A stretch of DNA of 44,557 nucleotides from a virus. Taxonomy: Duplodnaviria > Caudoviricetes. Location of the stretch: IMG/VR virus record IMGVR_UViG_3300026085_000002, positions 1-44,557 of that record; one strand, 5' to 3'. Below the pieces are notes generated by a model, which had not been told where the DNA came from, searched no databases, and was given only the letters and a program-made list of their open reading frames with translations. Of this stretch, positions 30,040 to 39,323 are shown piece after piece; positions within the stretch are counted from its first letter, which is position 1; every line of letters begins with the position of its first letter. A program made the translations under genes and the position numbers.

Positions 30040-31853
30040 TGAGTTATACAGTTAATAAAACAGATGGATCAGTTTTAACAGTAGTTGGTGATGGTACTGT
30101 TGATACTACTTCTACTGATATTACACTAGTAGGTAGAAAGTTTAGTGGTTACGGTGAAATCCTAAACGAAAACTTTGTAAAAATTCTTGAAAGTTTTGCA
30201 AGTAACAGTTCACCTACCAATCCGTTATCAGGACAGATTTGGTATGACACATTAGAAGGTCGTTTAAAAGTTTACACGGGAACAGAGTTTAAACCAACAG
30301 GTGGTCCATTAGTAAGTGATACACAACCAAAAGGACTTGTATCAGGCGACTTATGGATGGACTCATTAAGAAATCAATTGTATTTTTATGATGGCATTGA
30401 TTTAACACTTGCAGGACCTATATATTCTAAGCAAGAAGATACAAACGGTTGGGTAGTAGATACAATTATTGACAATGGTAACAACGGTCGTGTTGTTTCT
30501 AAATTGTATGTTAACGGATTATTGGTAGCAATTTTAAGTAAGGTTGAATTTACACCTTTATCAGCAGTTACAGGTTTTAGTACTATTAAAGTTGGATTAA
30601 ATTTTTCAACAAACGTAAGCGGATTAAAACTACACGGTTCGGCAACATCAGCAGATACTATTGCAGGTATTGATCCAGGTAACTTCCTACGTGCTGATAT
30701 TCCATCAAGTGCCAATGCGGCATTGAGTATTCAAGCAGACGGTGGTTTAACTGTTGGTACTGATTCCGATTTAACAATTTCAATTAGTGGTGATAACACA
30801 CTTATTACAAATAACCTACAAGGTAGAGATTTAAAAATTCGTGTTAACAATATTAGCACAGGTATTATTGATGGTTTAGCATTTGATAGTTCCGCTCTTA
30901 AGGCAGACATTTATCCAGGGCAGTTATCAAGTACAGCACAGTTTGGTGGTAATGTAATTGTTGACGGTGATCTAACTGTTAGCGGTACAACATCATATGT
31001 TGAAACAACAAACTTTAGAGCAAAAGACAAAAATATCGAAATGAACTACATTGATGGTTCAAGCGAAACAGACGTTCTAGCAGATCAAGGTGGATTTACT
31101 TTAAAAGGTGATACTGATCACACAATTACTTGGACAAACGCTTCAAAAGATTGGACAGTAAACGATCATTGGGGTTTAACATCAGGCAAACATTTTAGAA
31201 TTAACAATGCAAGTGTATTAAGTGAAACTAACTTAGGTACAACAGTTGTTAATTCAAGTTTAGAAAGTGTAGGAACACTTAGAGAATTACAAGTTGATGA
31301 CATTTATATTAATGACGGTGTTATTTCAACTAACGTTTCTAACGTTGACATTACTTTAGATCCAAATGGAACAGGTAATGTTAAGATGAGCAACGCACAA
31401 ATTAAAGAAGTTGCTGATCCAACAGACGTTACTGACGGTGCTAACAAAAGATATGTTGATGCAACAGTTAATAGTAAAACACTTGCACTTACATTAAACG
31501 TAACAGGATTTGCTGATCAAGATAACGTTGAAATTCCAAATTGGTTAGGTGTTATTGCACCGGTAAGTAGTTACGAAGATGGAACAGAAGCAAGAATAAT
31601 TTGTGAAACATTAACATTAGGCGGCGGTTCAACTGCGGTATCTGTTACAAGAACAGGTACTGGTTCGTCAAACGAAGTTGTGGTTGTTGACGTTGCTGTA
31701 GATAAAAACGGAACATTAAATAGTCAAAGTGTTGTACAAGACTTTAGTTTCCCTAACGGTATTACACTATCAGGTAGTTCGATTGGTGTAAATCGCCAGG
31801 CAAAACTATTTAGGATTGTTGGTGGTACTTGGACGTTTGTACAAAACTTATAG
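30039..31853 (+). CDS. Tail fibre-like protein 2 (paralog)
   Basis: Shared N-terminus GYGEILNENF..ILE.FA...P..GQIWYD; G/T/N-rich shaft; TAATG overlap with fibre 1. Confidence 0.75.
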   Translation: MSYTVNKTDGSVLTVVGDGTVDTTSTDITLVGRKFSGYGEILNENFVKILESFASNSSPTNPLSGQIWYDTLEGRLKVYTGTEFKPTGGPLVSDTQPKGLVSGDLWMDSLRNQLYFYDGIDLTLAGPIYSKQEDTNGWVVDTIIDNGNNGRVVSKLYVNGLLVAILSKVEFTPLSAVTGFSTIKVGLNFSTNVSGLKLHGSATSADTIAGIDPGNFLRADIPSSANAALSIQADGGLTVGTDSDLTISISGDNTLITNNLQGRDLKIRVNNISTGIIDGLAFDSSALKADIYPGQLSSTAQFGGNVIVDGDLTVSGTTSYVETTNFRAKDKNIEMNYIDGSSETDVLADQGGFTLKGDTDHTITWTNASKDWTVNDHWGLTSGKHFRINNASVLSETNLGTTVVNSSLESVGTLRELQVDDIYINDGVISTNVSNVDITLDPNGTGNVKMSNAQIKEVADPTDVTDGANKRYVDATVNSKTLALTLNVTGFADQDNVEIPNWLGVIAPVSSYEDGTEARIICETLTLGGGSTAVSVTRTGTGSSNEVVVVDVAVDKNGTLNSQSVVQDFSFPNGITLSGSSIGVNRQAKLFRIVGGTWTFVQNL

Positions 31854-31863
31854 GAAGTGAGCG

Positions 31864-34251
31864 ATGCCATATACATTAGATAGATTCGACGGAACAACTT
31901 TAGTAACACTGGCAGACGGTGTTGTTGATAATACAACTGATTTACAATTAGTCGGTCGTAATGTTGCTGGCTATGGTGAAATTCAGAATGAAAACTTTAT
32001 CAAGTTACTAGAGAATTTTGCTAGAGCAGATACTCCACCGAGCAAACCATTGGTTGGTCAATTATGGTTCGATAAGAATCAAGATAAATTTAGACCTGCG
32101 GTATTTGATGGAACACAATGGAGAACACTAGGTGTTGTTCAGGTTACATCAGTAGAACCTAACAATAGAAAAGAAGGTGACCTTTGGTGGGATAGCACAA
32201 ACAATCAATTATATGGTTGGACAGCAGACGGTGACCAACACGTTTTAATTGGACCTGAAAGTTTAACAGGATTTGATGTTACCAGATGGGTAACAATGAA
32301 GTTAACAGATACTTCAGCGGTAGATCATCCTGTTGTTGTAGGATATGTTGATGGCGATCCATTTGTGTTAATGGCCGATACAGCATTTACAAATGATCAA
32401 AACGTAACACCTTTGGTAGGGTTTGATACAATTAAAACAGGAATGAATTTGGTAAACACCAACAACGATGGTGTTACAACTGGAAATTCAAGATACACAG
32501 GTACAGCCACAGATGCTACTAGACTAAAAGGTAGAGATGGCGATACCTATGCAAATAGATTAGACGATGAAGTTATTACAGGAAAATATTCTTTTGCAAC
32601 TGACCTAGGTCTTACAGTTGGTGATAGTGCAGAAATGTCACTTAAAGTTTACAATGGTAATGAACCTGTTATTATTAACGAAACAGGAACAACATTAGGA
32701 CTAGGTGTAAACTATCCAGGTAGTTCAACAGACAAAAGAGTTATTGTAATTTCTAATAAACAAATTTTACCTTACATTGATAACACAATGGATTTAGGTA
32801 GTCCAAGTCTTAAGTTTAGAAACATTTATGGTGATGCCATTTATGCAAATATCGTTGGTGACATAACTGGTCAATCAGCAGGTACACACACTGGTAATAC
32901 TTTTGGTACACATACTGGTGCTGTTACAACACCAACCGTTAGCAACACAGGCGGTACACCTATTATTGATGCAGATGCAACTGTACAATATCCAGACATT
33001 GTTGCAAGTGCTGGTGTAGTAAATGGTAAGTTCTTAGGTGCGGCGGCATACACAATTAACGGTATGGTGCTTAACGAAGATCAGGTTGTTACTGCTAATC
33101 ACGATTTTACAGGAAATATTGAAGTTACCGCGGCAGGTAGTTTAACACTTAACGGTACAACAACTGCTAATGGTACAATTAATGCAGACAGAATTCAAAC
33201 TACTAACTCATATATTGCAAAAGGTGTAATTGGTAGAGGTGCTAAATTTAATGGCTTAACAGATTTAAACACAGGTGTTACCGACTTAACAATTGATAGG
33301 GTTACTATTAAAGAATCAACTATCAAACAAAACAGTAGATTCGAAGGCGGAACTATTGACGGTACTGCAATCGAAGGTGCAACAATCGGCGGAGCGGCAC
33401 CTGCCGTTAACATCATTTCAACATTGTACACTGATACTGTTGGTAAGTCATTTTCAAGAATTAGTGATGACGGTACATTTAATAATGCAAACAACAACAC
33501 CGTTGTTACAGCGTTAGCAATTAAACAGTATGTTGATACAAAAGTCGAAGGTGTTACAAATGATGTTGTGTTCCATATGGACACAAAAGATATGACACAG
33601 GCAGATGTTTTATCACAGTTAAACAGAATCGCTCCGGCAATTAACTATCCTGAAGGAACTTATGCAAGAATTTTAGGTTCTTATTATTTTAATGATGTTC
33701 CTAGAGACTATTATGGCAACAAAAAATATGTTGTATTTTATGGTAGTGGTCGAAGATTAACAGGTATTGGTTACATTGGTGGTAGAGCAACATCTGACAA
33801 TACAACAAGAACAGACGTACTAACAGCCAAGAGTGCTATTACAGGATACTTGTATCAAAGACAAGCAGGAAGCCAAGCGGTAGTAAGCACACAGTCGGTT
33901 ACTTTAAATGCCAACTTAGGTAACTTGGCGACACTGATTAATTCAAGAACATTTAGTGGTTGGTTAGAATTTAATAATAAATTAACAGCGGCAGAAGCCA
34001 ATGCTATTGGTAATCCTGCTATTGAAAATGCATACGTACTTGCAATCAAAGATGGAGTTGTGTTAGATTATTCTAGTACAGCAGGTCAGCAGTTATTGTA
34101 TGATGGACAACAAAACTTTAGAAGAACCGGCGCAGAACAGTTTGACGGTGCAGTAACATTAGGTAACGTTGGTAACATTGTTGAAGGTTACAATTTTGAC
34201 TATACTTCTGTACAGGATAATGCTATCTGGGTTTACAAAGGATCGTTCTAA
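31864..34251 (+). CDS. Tail fibre-like protein 3 (paralog)
   Basis: Same shared N-terminus; DLGSPSLKFRNIY and GTIDGTAIEG motifs typical of fibre shafts. Confidence 0.75.
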   Translation: MPYTLDRFDGTTLVTLADGVVDNTTDLQLVGRNVAGYGEIQNENFIKLLENFARADTPPSKPLVGQLWFDKNQDKFRPAVFDGTQWRTLGVVQVTSVEPNNRKEGDLWWDSTNNQLYGWTADGDQHVLIGPESLTGFDVTRWVTMKLTDTSAVDHPVVVGYVDGDPFVLMADTAFTNDQNVTPLVGFDTIKTGMNLVNTNNDGVTTGNSRYTGTATDATRLKGRDGDTYANRLDDEVITGKYSFATDLGLTVGDSAEMSLKVYNGNEPVIINETGTTLGLGVNYPGSSTDKRVIVISNKQILPYIDNTMDLGSPSLKFRNIYGDAIYANIVGDITGQSAGTHTGNTFGTHTGAVTTPTVSNTGGTPIIDADATVQYPDIVASAGVVNGKFLGAAAYTINGMVLNEDQVVTANHDFTGNIEVTAAGSLTLNGTTTANGTINADRIQTTNSYIAKGVIGRGAKFNGLTDLNTGVTDLTIDRVTIKESTIKQNSRFEGGTIDGTAIEGATIGGAAPAVNIISTLYTDTVGKSFSRISDDGTFNNANNNTVVTALAIKQYVDTKVEGVTNDVVFHMDTKDMTQADVLSQLNRIAPAINYPEGTYARILGSYYFNDVPRDYYGNKKYVVFYGSGRRLTGIGYIGGRATSDNTTRTDVLTAKSAITGYLYQRQAGSQAVVSTQSVTLNANLGNLATLINSRTFSGWLEFNNKLTAAEANAIGNPAIENAYVLAIKDGVVLDYSSTAGQQLLYDGQQNFRRTGAEQFDGAVTLGNVGNIVEGYNFDYTSVQDNAIWVYKGSF

Positions 34252-34748
34252 TGTGGAATTTGGTAGAAGGATATATTACCAACGTAGATGAGATTATGGA
34301 ACAGGTAAAAGAACACGAATTAAAAGGCAGATTTACTTTCAGAGGCAAAGGCGGTTCTGAACAGCATAATACCGCTTATGGTGAAAGTCATTTTAGTTCT
34401 CTGTTTCAAAAAGATATGGAACCAAGTTTGGTAGACACTATTTGGAAGACCATTCCTGAAAACGAAACTTTTAGAAAATGGTGTTCACAGGTTGTTGTAA
34501 ACAAATATCAAGAAGGTGATTATCTTGTTAGACATCAGGATAGCCAAGGTGGTTATTGGAAGTTTCATCTTGTTTTTCTAACAGAAGGTCGTCCACATTT
34601 TAAATACTGGGACGATGAAGATGAAGGGCATTTAGTACAAGAAAAACGAGGTGCTATGTTTAATATGCCAATTAGAACTTGGCACGAAGTAACAAAAATA
34701 GAGGAAGGCGAAGATCCTAAATATAGTCTTTGCTTGATATGGGAATAA
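34251..34748 (+). CDS. 2OG-Fe(II) dioxygenase
   Basis: VNKYQEGDYLVRHQD (HxD), distal WHEV His and KYS at the co-substrate-binding position. Confidence 0.85.
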   Translation: MWNLVEGYITNVDEIMEQVKEHELKGRFTFRGKGGSEQHNTAYGESHFSSLFQKDMEPSLVDTIWKTIPENETFRKWCSQVVVNKYQEGDYLVRHQDSQGGYWKFHLVFLTEGRPHFKYWDDEDEGHLVQEKRGAMFNMPIRTWHEVTKIEEGEDPKYSLCLIWE

Positions 34749-34752
34749 AACT

Positions 34753-35232
34753 ATGGCAGTAGAAACTAAGACATTTTTGTTTAATAAAAATAACGGTGAA
34801 CTAATTGGAGAATTACCAAGTGGTGCTCACGTAAAAGGCTTAGATGGAACACAGGTAATGACAAAGGTTGTTAACTTTGATCCTAAAACACATTTTTGGG
34901 CAGGTGGCTGGAACGGTGGCTTACAAGCCATTGCAGATGCCGTTGTAGACAAAAATCAAGTAATTGAAGAAGATCTATTAGACATTAATGTAGCAGACAA
35001 CATTGGTGAACAGTATCCGATATTTAAACAATTAAACATTATAGCAGATATGCTTAATCAATCAGAGGTACCAAACACACCAGAATTTACTGCTATGTTG
35101 GAATACATTAACAACGAACGAGAAAGAAATAAAGCACGTAAAGAAGTGTATCAACAAAGCGATACACCATACACATATATTTCTAAAGAAGATATCAAGT
35201 TAATGATTAACAAAAGACTAGGGAAAAATTAA
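34753..35232 (+). CDS. Hypothetical protein, possibly a fibre assembly chaperone
   Basis: Small gene within the fibre cluster with a helical C-terminus (EQYPIFKQLNII). The role is inferred from context only. Confidence 0.4.
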   Translation: MAVETKTFLFNKNNGELIGELPSGAHVKGLDGTQVMTKVVNFDPKTHFWAGGWNGGLQAIADAVVDKNQVIEEDLLDINVADNIGEQYPIFKQLNIIADMLNQSEVPNTPEFTAMLEYINNERERNKARKEVYQQSDTPYTYISKEDIKLMINKRLGKN

Positions 35233-35236
35233 AGGG

Positions 35237-35242
35237 TAAATA
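35237..35242 (+). promoter_or_regulatory. Late promoter core TAAATA, 5 nt before ATG 35248
   Basis: GGTAAATActaatATG, 15/16 identical to 9975-9990. Confidence 0.65.
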
Positions 35243-35247
35243 CTAAT

Positions 35248-36996
35248 ATGCCATACATTGTAAACACATATAACGGTCAACAAATTGCGGTAGTAAATGA
35301 CGGTACTATTGATCAAACCACAGACCTAAAACTTATAGGTAAGAACTATGCAGGGTTTGGTGAAATCCTAAACGAAAACCTAGTTTACCTTTTAGAAAAC
35401 TTTTCAGGTTCCGCTCAACCACCTAATGCGGTAGCAGGACAAATTTGGTATGATTCAGCAAATAAAGTTTTAAAATTTTATGACGGTAATAAATTTAGAA
35501 TTGCCGGCGGTGCTGAAATTGGATCAACTGCTCCTACAGGTTTAGCAAGAGGTGACCTTTGGTGGGAAACAGACGGTGAACAATTATATGTTTACAATGG
35601 TGAAGAATTTATTTTGGTTGGTCCTGTTGCAACAGGCGGTGAAGGTGTATCACAGTTACAAGCGGTAACAATTAAAGATACACTTGCAAATGATAGAACT
35701 ATTCTTAAAGTAACTATTCAAGACGTTCCGGTTGGTGTTATTTCAAAAGATGAGTTTACAATTGATTCAAGTAAAAATCCTATTACAGGATTTAGTGATG
35801 TTAAAAAAGGATTTAATCTAGCAAGTACAGGTGTTATTCCTAACATTAAGTATTGGGGTATTGCTGATGACTCAGATAAACTAGGCGGTATTCCTGCGGC
35901 ACAATATATTCTTAACAGTGGATTACAAACATTCTCTGATATTGTTAAATTTAACAGTGATGAAGGTATTACACTTGGTGCTGGACAAGATTTAAAATTA
36001 CATATTACAGATGGTGACACTGGTAACATTACAAACCAAGTTGGTAATGATTTAAAAATTAATTTACAAGTAAACAATATTAATACACACGTTGCTACTT
36101 TTGAAAACAGTGATTTTGTTCCTGCATCAAACGGTACAGGTTCGATTGGTACATTAGCAAATAAATGGGGAAGCATTTTTGCTAACAATATTACACTAGA
36201 TCAAAACGGTGACCTAAACGGTAATACAGCAGGATTGCATACAGGAGATGTTGTTGGTAACGTAACAGGTAACGTAACAGGTAACGTAACATCAAACACA
36301 GGAACAAGCACATTTAACAATGTAACAGTTAACGGATCTATTACAGGTTCATTAGTTGGTACGTCAACAACTGCTGAGTTAGTTGAGTTAGATGGTGGTT
36401 CGGGTGTAGCGGCTGTTACAACTGCAACAGCAAATACTATTGCTGGTAGAGATTCAAATGGTGACATTACTGCTAACCTATTCAACGGTACAGCAACAAA
36501 TAGTAATCAACTAGATGGCGCTCCAGCAGATTTAACACAAACACCAAACACTATTGCTAAACGTGATATTAATGGTGATATTATTGCACGTAAATTCCAA
36601 GGTACTGCAACAGCGGCTCAGTTTGCTGACTTGGCAGAGATGTATGCAAGTGATGAACAATACGAACCAGGCACGGTAGTAAGTTTAGGTGGCGACAAAG
36701 AAGTTACTGCCACTACTGCATTCTGTGATCCAAAAATTGCAGGTGTTGTTTCAACAAAGCCTGCTTACTTAATGAACAGTGAAGCAGAAGGTGTAGCGGT
36801 TGCACTTCGTGGTAGAGTTCCTTGTAAAGTAGAAGGTGCTGTAAACAAAGGTGATATTATTGTTTCATCTCCAAAAAGAGGTGTTGCAACTGCCTTAACA
36901 GCAGATAGTTCAATTCCAAATTCAATCTGCATACTTGGAAAATCCCTAGAATCTAATCCAGATACAGGCGTAAAACTAGTAGAAATATTAGTGTAG
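35248..36996 (+). CDS. Tail fibre-like protein 4 with a C-terminal peptidase G2-like intramolecular chaperone domain
   Basis: Shared N-terminus; ADLAEMY...GTVV...GVVSTKPAYLMN...VALRGRVPCKV.G.V.KGD from 36625. Confidence 0.78.
   Translation: MPYIVNTYNGQQIAVVNDGTIDQTTDLKLIGKNYAGFGEILNENLVYLLENFSGSAQPPNAVAGQIWYDSANKVLKFYDGNKFRIAGGAEIGSTAPTGLARGDLWWETDGEQLYVYNGEEFILVGPVATGGEGVSQLQAVTIKDTLANDRTILKVTIQDVPVGVISKDEFTIDSSKNPITGFSDVKKGFNLASTGVIPNIKYWGIADDSDKLGGIPAAQYILNSGLQTFSDIVKFNSDEGITLGAGQDLKLHITDGDTGNITNQVGNDLKINLQVNNINTHVATFENSDFVPASNGTGSIGTLANKWGSIFANNITLDQNGDLNGNTAGLHTGDVVGNVTGNVTGNVTSNTGTSTFNNVTVNGSITGSLVGTSTTAELVELDGGSGVAAVTTATANTIAGRDSNGDITANLFNGTATNSNQLDGAPADLTQTPNTIAKRDINGDIIARKFQGTATAAQFADLAEMYASDEQYEPGTVVSLGGDKEVTATTAFCDPKIAGVVSTKPAYLMNSEAEGVAVALRGRVPCKVEGAVNKGDIIVSSPKRGVATALTADSSIPNSICILGKSLESNPDTGVKLVEILV
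36256..36291 (+). repeat. Perfect 12-bp tandem repeat x3 (GGTAACGTAACA; GNVT)
   Basis: Read directly from the sequence. Confidence 0.95.
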
Positions 36997-37048
36997 TACT
37001 GCTTTAAAAAGGCGTCTTAAACGTATTTTAAGCGTCATACAGCGGTGG

Positions 37049-37726
37049 TTATTCGCGATTTAGTATAGTTGATGCCATAGGAAAAATCTTCGCTATAACA
37101 GACGCACAGGCGTGAGCAATTTCCATATGTTCTTTTTGGGTACCATTGCCTCCACGCAATTCAATATAGTGTACCCAACTACGCAAAGTTCCGTTCATAT
37201 ACAGTCTTGTTTTGGTAAGTCCTTCTGGAAGAATTTTACGTGCTTGTTCTTTGGCAATTCCTCTTTCGATTGCCCAATCATATATTTCTTTGGAAAGGTC
37301 GATAATTCTTTTTTGTTGCTGTTCCCAGTGTGTTTGAAGCAATACATCATCTGCTTCAATTGAATTTTGTCTGTTCTTATGATCCTGCAATCGTGCTTCG
37401 CATAATTCGAACATATCTCCCATCTCTTTTGGTTCAGCATAGCGTTGGCTAAACTCCTGGAAACTAAATGAACGATGACGCACAATTTGGTGTGCAATAT
37501 CACGTGTGGTATTAATTTCTAAACAAGCATTAACCATTTCAAGTGGTGACCAATGACCCCATTTAATTAGATAGCCGATTAGTTTTTCTGCTGTTTCTTT
37601 ATTGTATTGATTTGCTGGATTTGATACCCTTGCACAAAAGGCAATTAAGTCCTGTACATTTTCTAATCCTTCTGCTTCAAAGTCTTCTGCAGGTTTTGTG
37701 TACGATACTAATTTAACTCTTGTCAT
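37049..37726 (-). CDS. thyX: Flavin-dependent thymidylate synthase
   Basis: GHWSPLE, RHRSFSFQEFSQRY (ThyX motif), AKEQARKILP and LRSWVHYIELR. Confidence 0.97.
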   Translation of the reverse strand: MTRVKLVSYTKPAEDFEAEGLENVQDLIAFCARVSNPANQYNKETAEKLIGYLIKWGHWSPLEMVNACLEINTTRDIAHQIVRHRSFSFQEFSQRYAEPKEMGDMFELCEARLQDHKNRQNSIEADDVLLQTHWEQQQKRIIDLSKEIYDWAIERGIAKEQARKILPEGLTKTRLYMNGTLRSWVHYIELRGGNGTQKEHMEIAHACASVIAKIFPMASTILNRE

Positions 37727-38078
37727 TTTTTCTTCCTTTTTTCCCTTCTCTTTTAATTTTGAAATTTACTTTTTTTGTAAATTTGTTTCTTAGTTTTTCC
37801 ACGTTTTTTTGTAGTGCTACAACGTCGATTGAAAAATCAATACTAGCAATAGTATTTTTTCTATTTCTAATATGTTGATTAAGTACTTTTGTTGCTTCTT
37901 CTATACTAGGGGAATTTCTAAGGATTGATTTGCAATCAATAATGTTAACTTGACCGTTAACTAAATTTAGTTTGAGATAATTGAGAAATTGGACTGGGAG
38001 AGAATTAATGTTAATTTCATTAAGTACATTCTCCCAGTCAGCATTATCTAGATTAATAGTTTTCTCAATTTCTGCCAT
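37713..38078 (-). CDS. Hypothetical protein
   Basis: 121-aa ORF in the operon, overlapping the thyX start. Confidence 0.75.
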   Translation of the reverse strand: MAEIEKTINLDNADWENVLNEININSLPVQFLNYLKLNLVNGQVNIIDCKSILRNSPSIEEATKVLNQHIRNRKNTIASIDFSIDVVALQKNVEKLRNKFTKKVNFKIKREGKKGRKNDKS

Positions 38079-38093
38079 TTCATAAACTCTCGT

Positions 38094-38642
38094 TTATGCT
38101 TTAACAGTTTCTTTGGAAGTAGACTTCTTAGGCGCATCGATCTCATCCGCTCTACGACGTAAGTCTAATACTTCTTTGTACAGTCTATCAGCCTGTGCTC
38201 TGTAGTTACGAGCAATATCTTTATCTGTTAACGCAGGGTCTGTGTTGTTTTCTGCTTTAATAGATAGTTCGCTAATAGTAACACCTCTTTGATCTGCAAT
38301 CTGTTGATTCAAATCACTTAAACTTAACCAAGTACTCTTGTTAGGTGTAGGTGTAACAGTAACTTCTGCTGTCGGAACCTTAACTAGGTTTCCGCCTGTA
38401 TGCATAGTTGATAACATATTGTTACCATCTGAGAATTTTCTCACTGCTAGAACTGTGGCAATTTCATATGCATTTTGAGCCTGTTGTGAATCAACTACAC
38501 TGAACAACTCATCGTGGTAGGACGGAGTAAGTCTTTCAGTTGGGATTATCAATGCATTTGTTTCGTCGTTTGGTACAGTACGATAAGCAATTACTACCTT
38601 TTTGCCTTTGTACTCACCAACGTGTTTTACTGGCTGTGCCAT
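38094..38642 (-). CDS. Hypothetical protein with a C-terminal coiled coil
   Basis: AAGGAG RBS; tightly packed with its neighbours. Confidence 0.8.
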   Translation of the reverse strand: MAQPVKHVGEYKGKKVVIAYRTVPNDETNALIIPTERLTPSYHDELFSVVDSQQAQNAYEIATVLAVRKFSDGNNMLSTMHTGGNLVKVPTAEVTVTPTPNKSTWLSLSDLNQQIADQRGVTISELSIKAENNTDPALTDKDIARNYRAQADRLYKEVLDLRRRADEIDAPKKSTSKETVKA

Positions 38643-38657
38643 ATTGTTCTCCTTAAA

Positions 38658-38984
38658 TTAAACACCTGTAACTGCTTTAGCAAGTGCATCATCGGCAGTT
38701 TTGTCTTCTGCTTTAGGTGCCTCTGCATCAGCAGGTGCTGGTGCTTGACCTTGTTTTGGTGCTTCGCCTTCAGCAGGCTTAACTGCATCTAAGAATTGAG
38801 TTAGTCTGTTGTAAGTGTTTCCTACAACTGCCATCTCAGCGGCCTTAAACGCACCACGTGAACTTGCTACGTCAATAATTGTTTTTAACGCATTAAGATC
38901 ACTAACAGTTAAATCAGGACCCATCGCCGGAGCACCTTGAGGAGCACCTGCGGGTTGATTTGTTGCTTTTGTTTCTTCAGTCAT
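38658..38984 (-). CDS. Small hypothetical protein (helical RGAFK core with P/A-rich tails)
   Basis: AAGGAG RBS; a TAAGTA late-promoter variant lies at 39008-39013. Confidence 0.8.
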   Translation of the reverse strand: MTEETKATNQPAGAPQGAPAMGPDLTVSDLNALKTIIDVASSRGAFKAAEMAVVGNTYNRLTQFLDAVKPAEGEAPKQGQAPAPADAEAPKAEDKTADDALAKAVTGV

Positions 38985-39014
38985 ATCGATATAACTCCTT
39001 ATTTGTATACTTAA

Positions 39015-39323
39015 TTATATAAGTTGAATACCTGAGGTCATCATTACTGGACAACCCAAAGTAAACATAGTGGCTTCTGACTGTTCTTCAAATCCAATTT
39101 GGTAAACAGTTTCCATTTTATTGTCAACTATTTCTAAAGATTTGATTAAACAGAATCTTCCACTTAAATTATTATAAATCCATTGACGACAAAGGTCAAC
39201 AGTATTCCACGAATTAAACCCAACAACGGCAAATTTAATTTTACCAAAATGATCTGGCATAAAATCTATTTCACGTATATCCAAAACATTTAATGGGTTT
39301 GGCTCATCAATTAAAAGACGCAT
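39015..39323 (-). CDS. Hypothetical protein
   Basis: TAATG overlap with the vWA-peptidase gene. Confidence 0.75.
   Translation of the reverse strand: MRLLIDEPNPLNVLDIREIDFMPDHFGKIKFAVVGFNSWNTVDLCRQWIYNNLSGRFCLIKSLEIVDNKMETVYQIGFEEQSEATMFTLGCPVMMTSGIQLI

Noticed and set aside
2709-36485. Many antisense ORFs of 60-183 aa opposite the structural genes (e.g. 12873-13403, 19659-20210, 35718-36188)
   Set aside because: Expected by-product of codon bias in the sense genes; no recognisable motifs.
28024-36996. Diversity-generating retroelement or invertase switching of fibre tips
   Set aside because: No reverse transcriptase, recombinase or near-identical template/variable repeat pair in the window; the paralogs are diverged at the DNA level.
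2776-36996. Bacterial eCIS or tailocin locus rather than a phage
   Set aside because: Flanking gp55/46/47, late-promoter motifs and phage-type early genes indicate a phage genome.
36997-37048. Possible bidirectional terminator between converging fibre 4 and thyX
   Set aside because: Only a weak AT-rich inverted repeat (CTTAAA...TTTAAG) with no convincing U tract.
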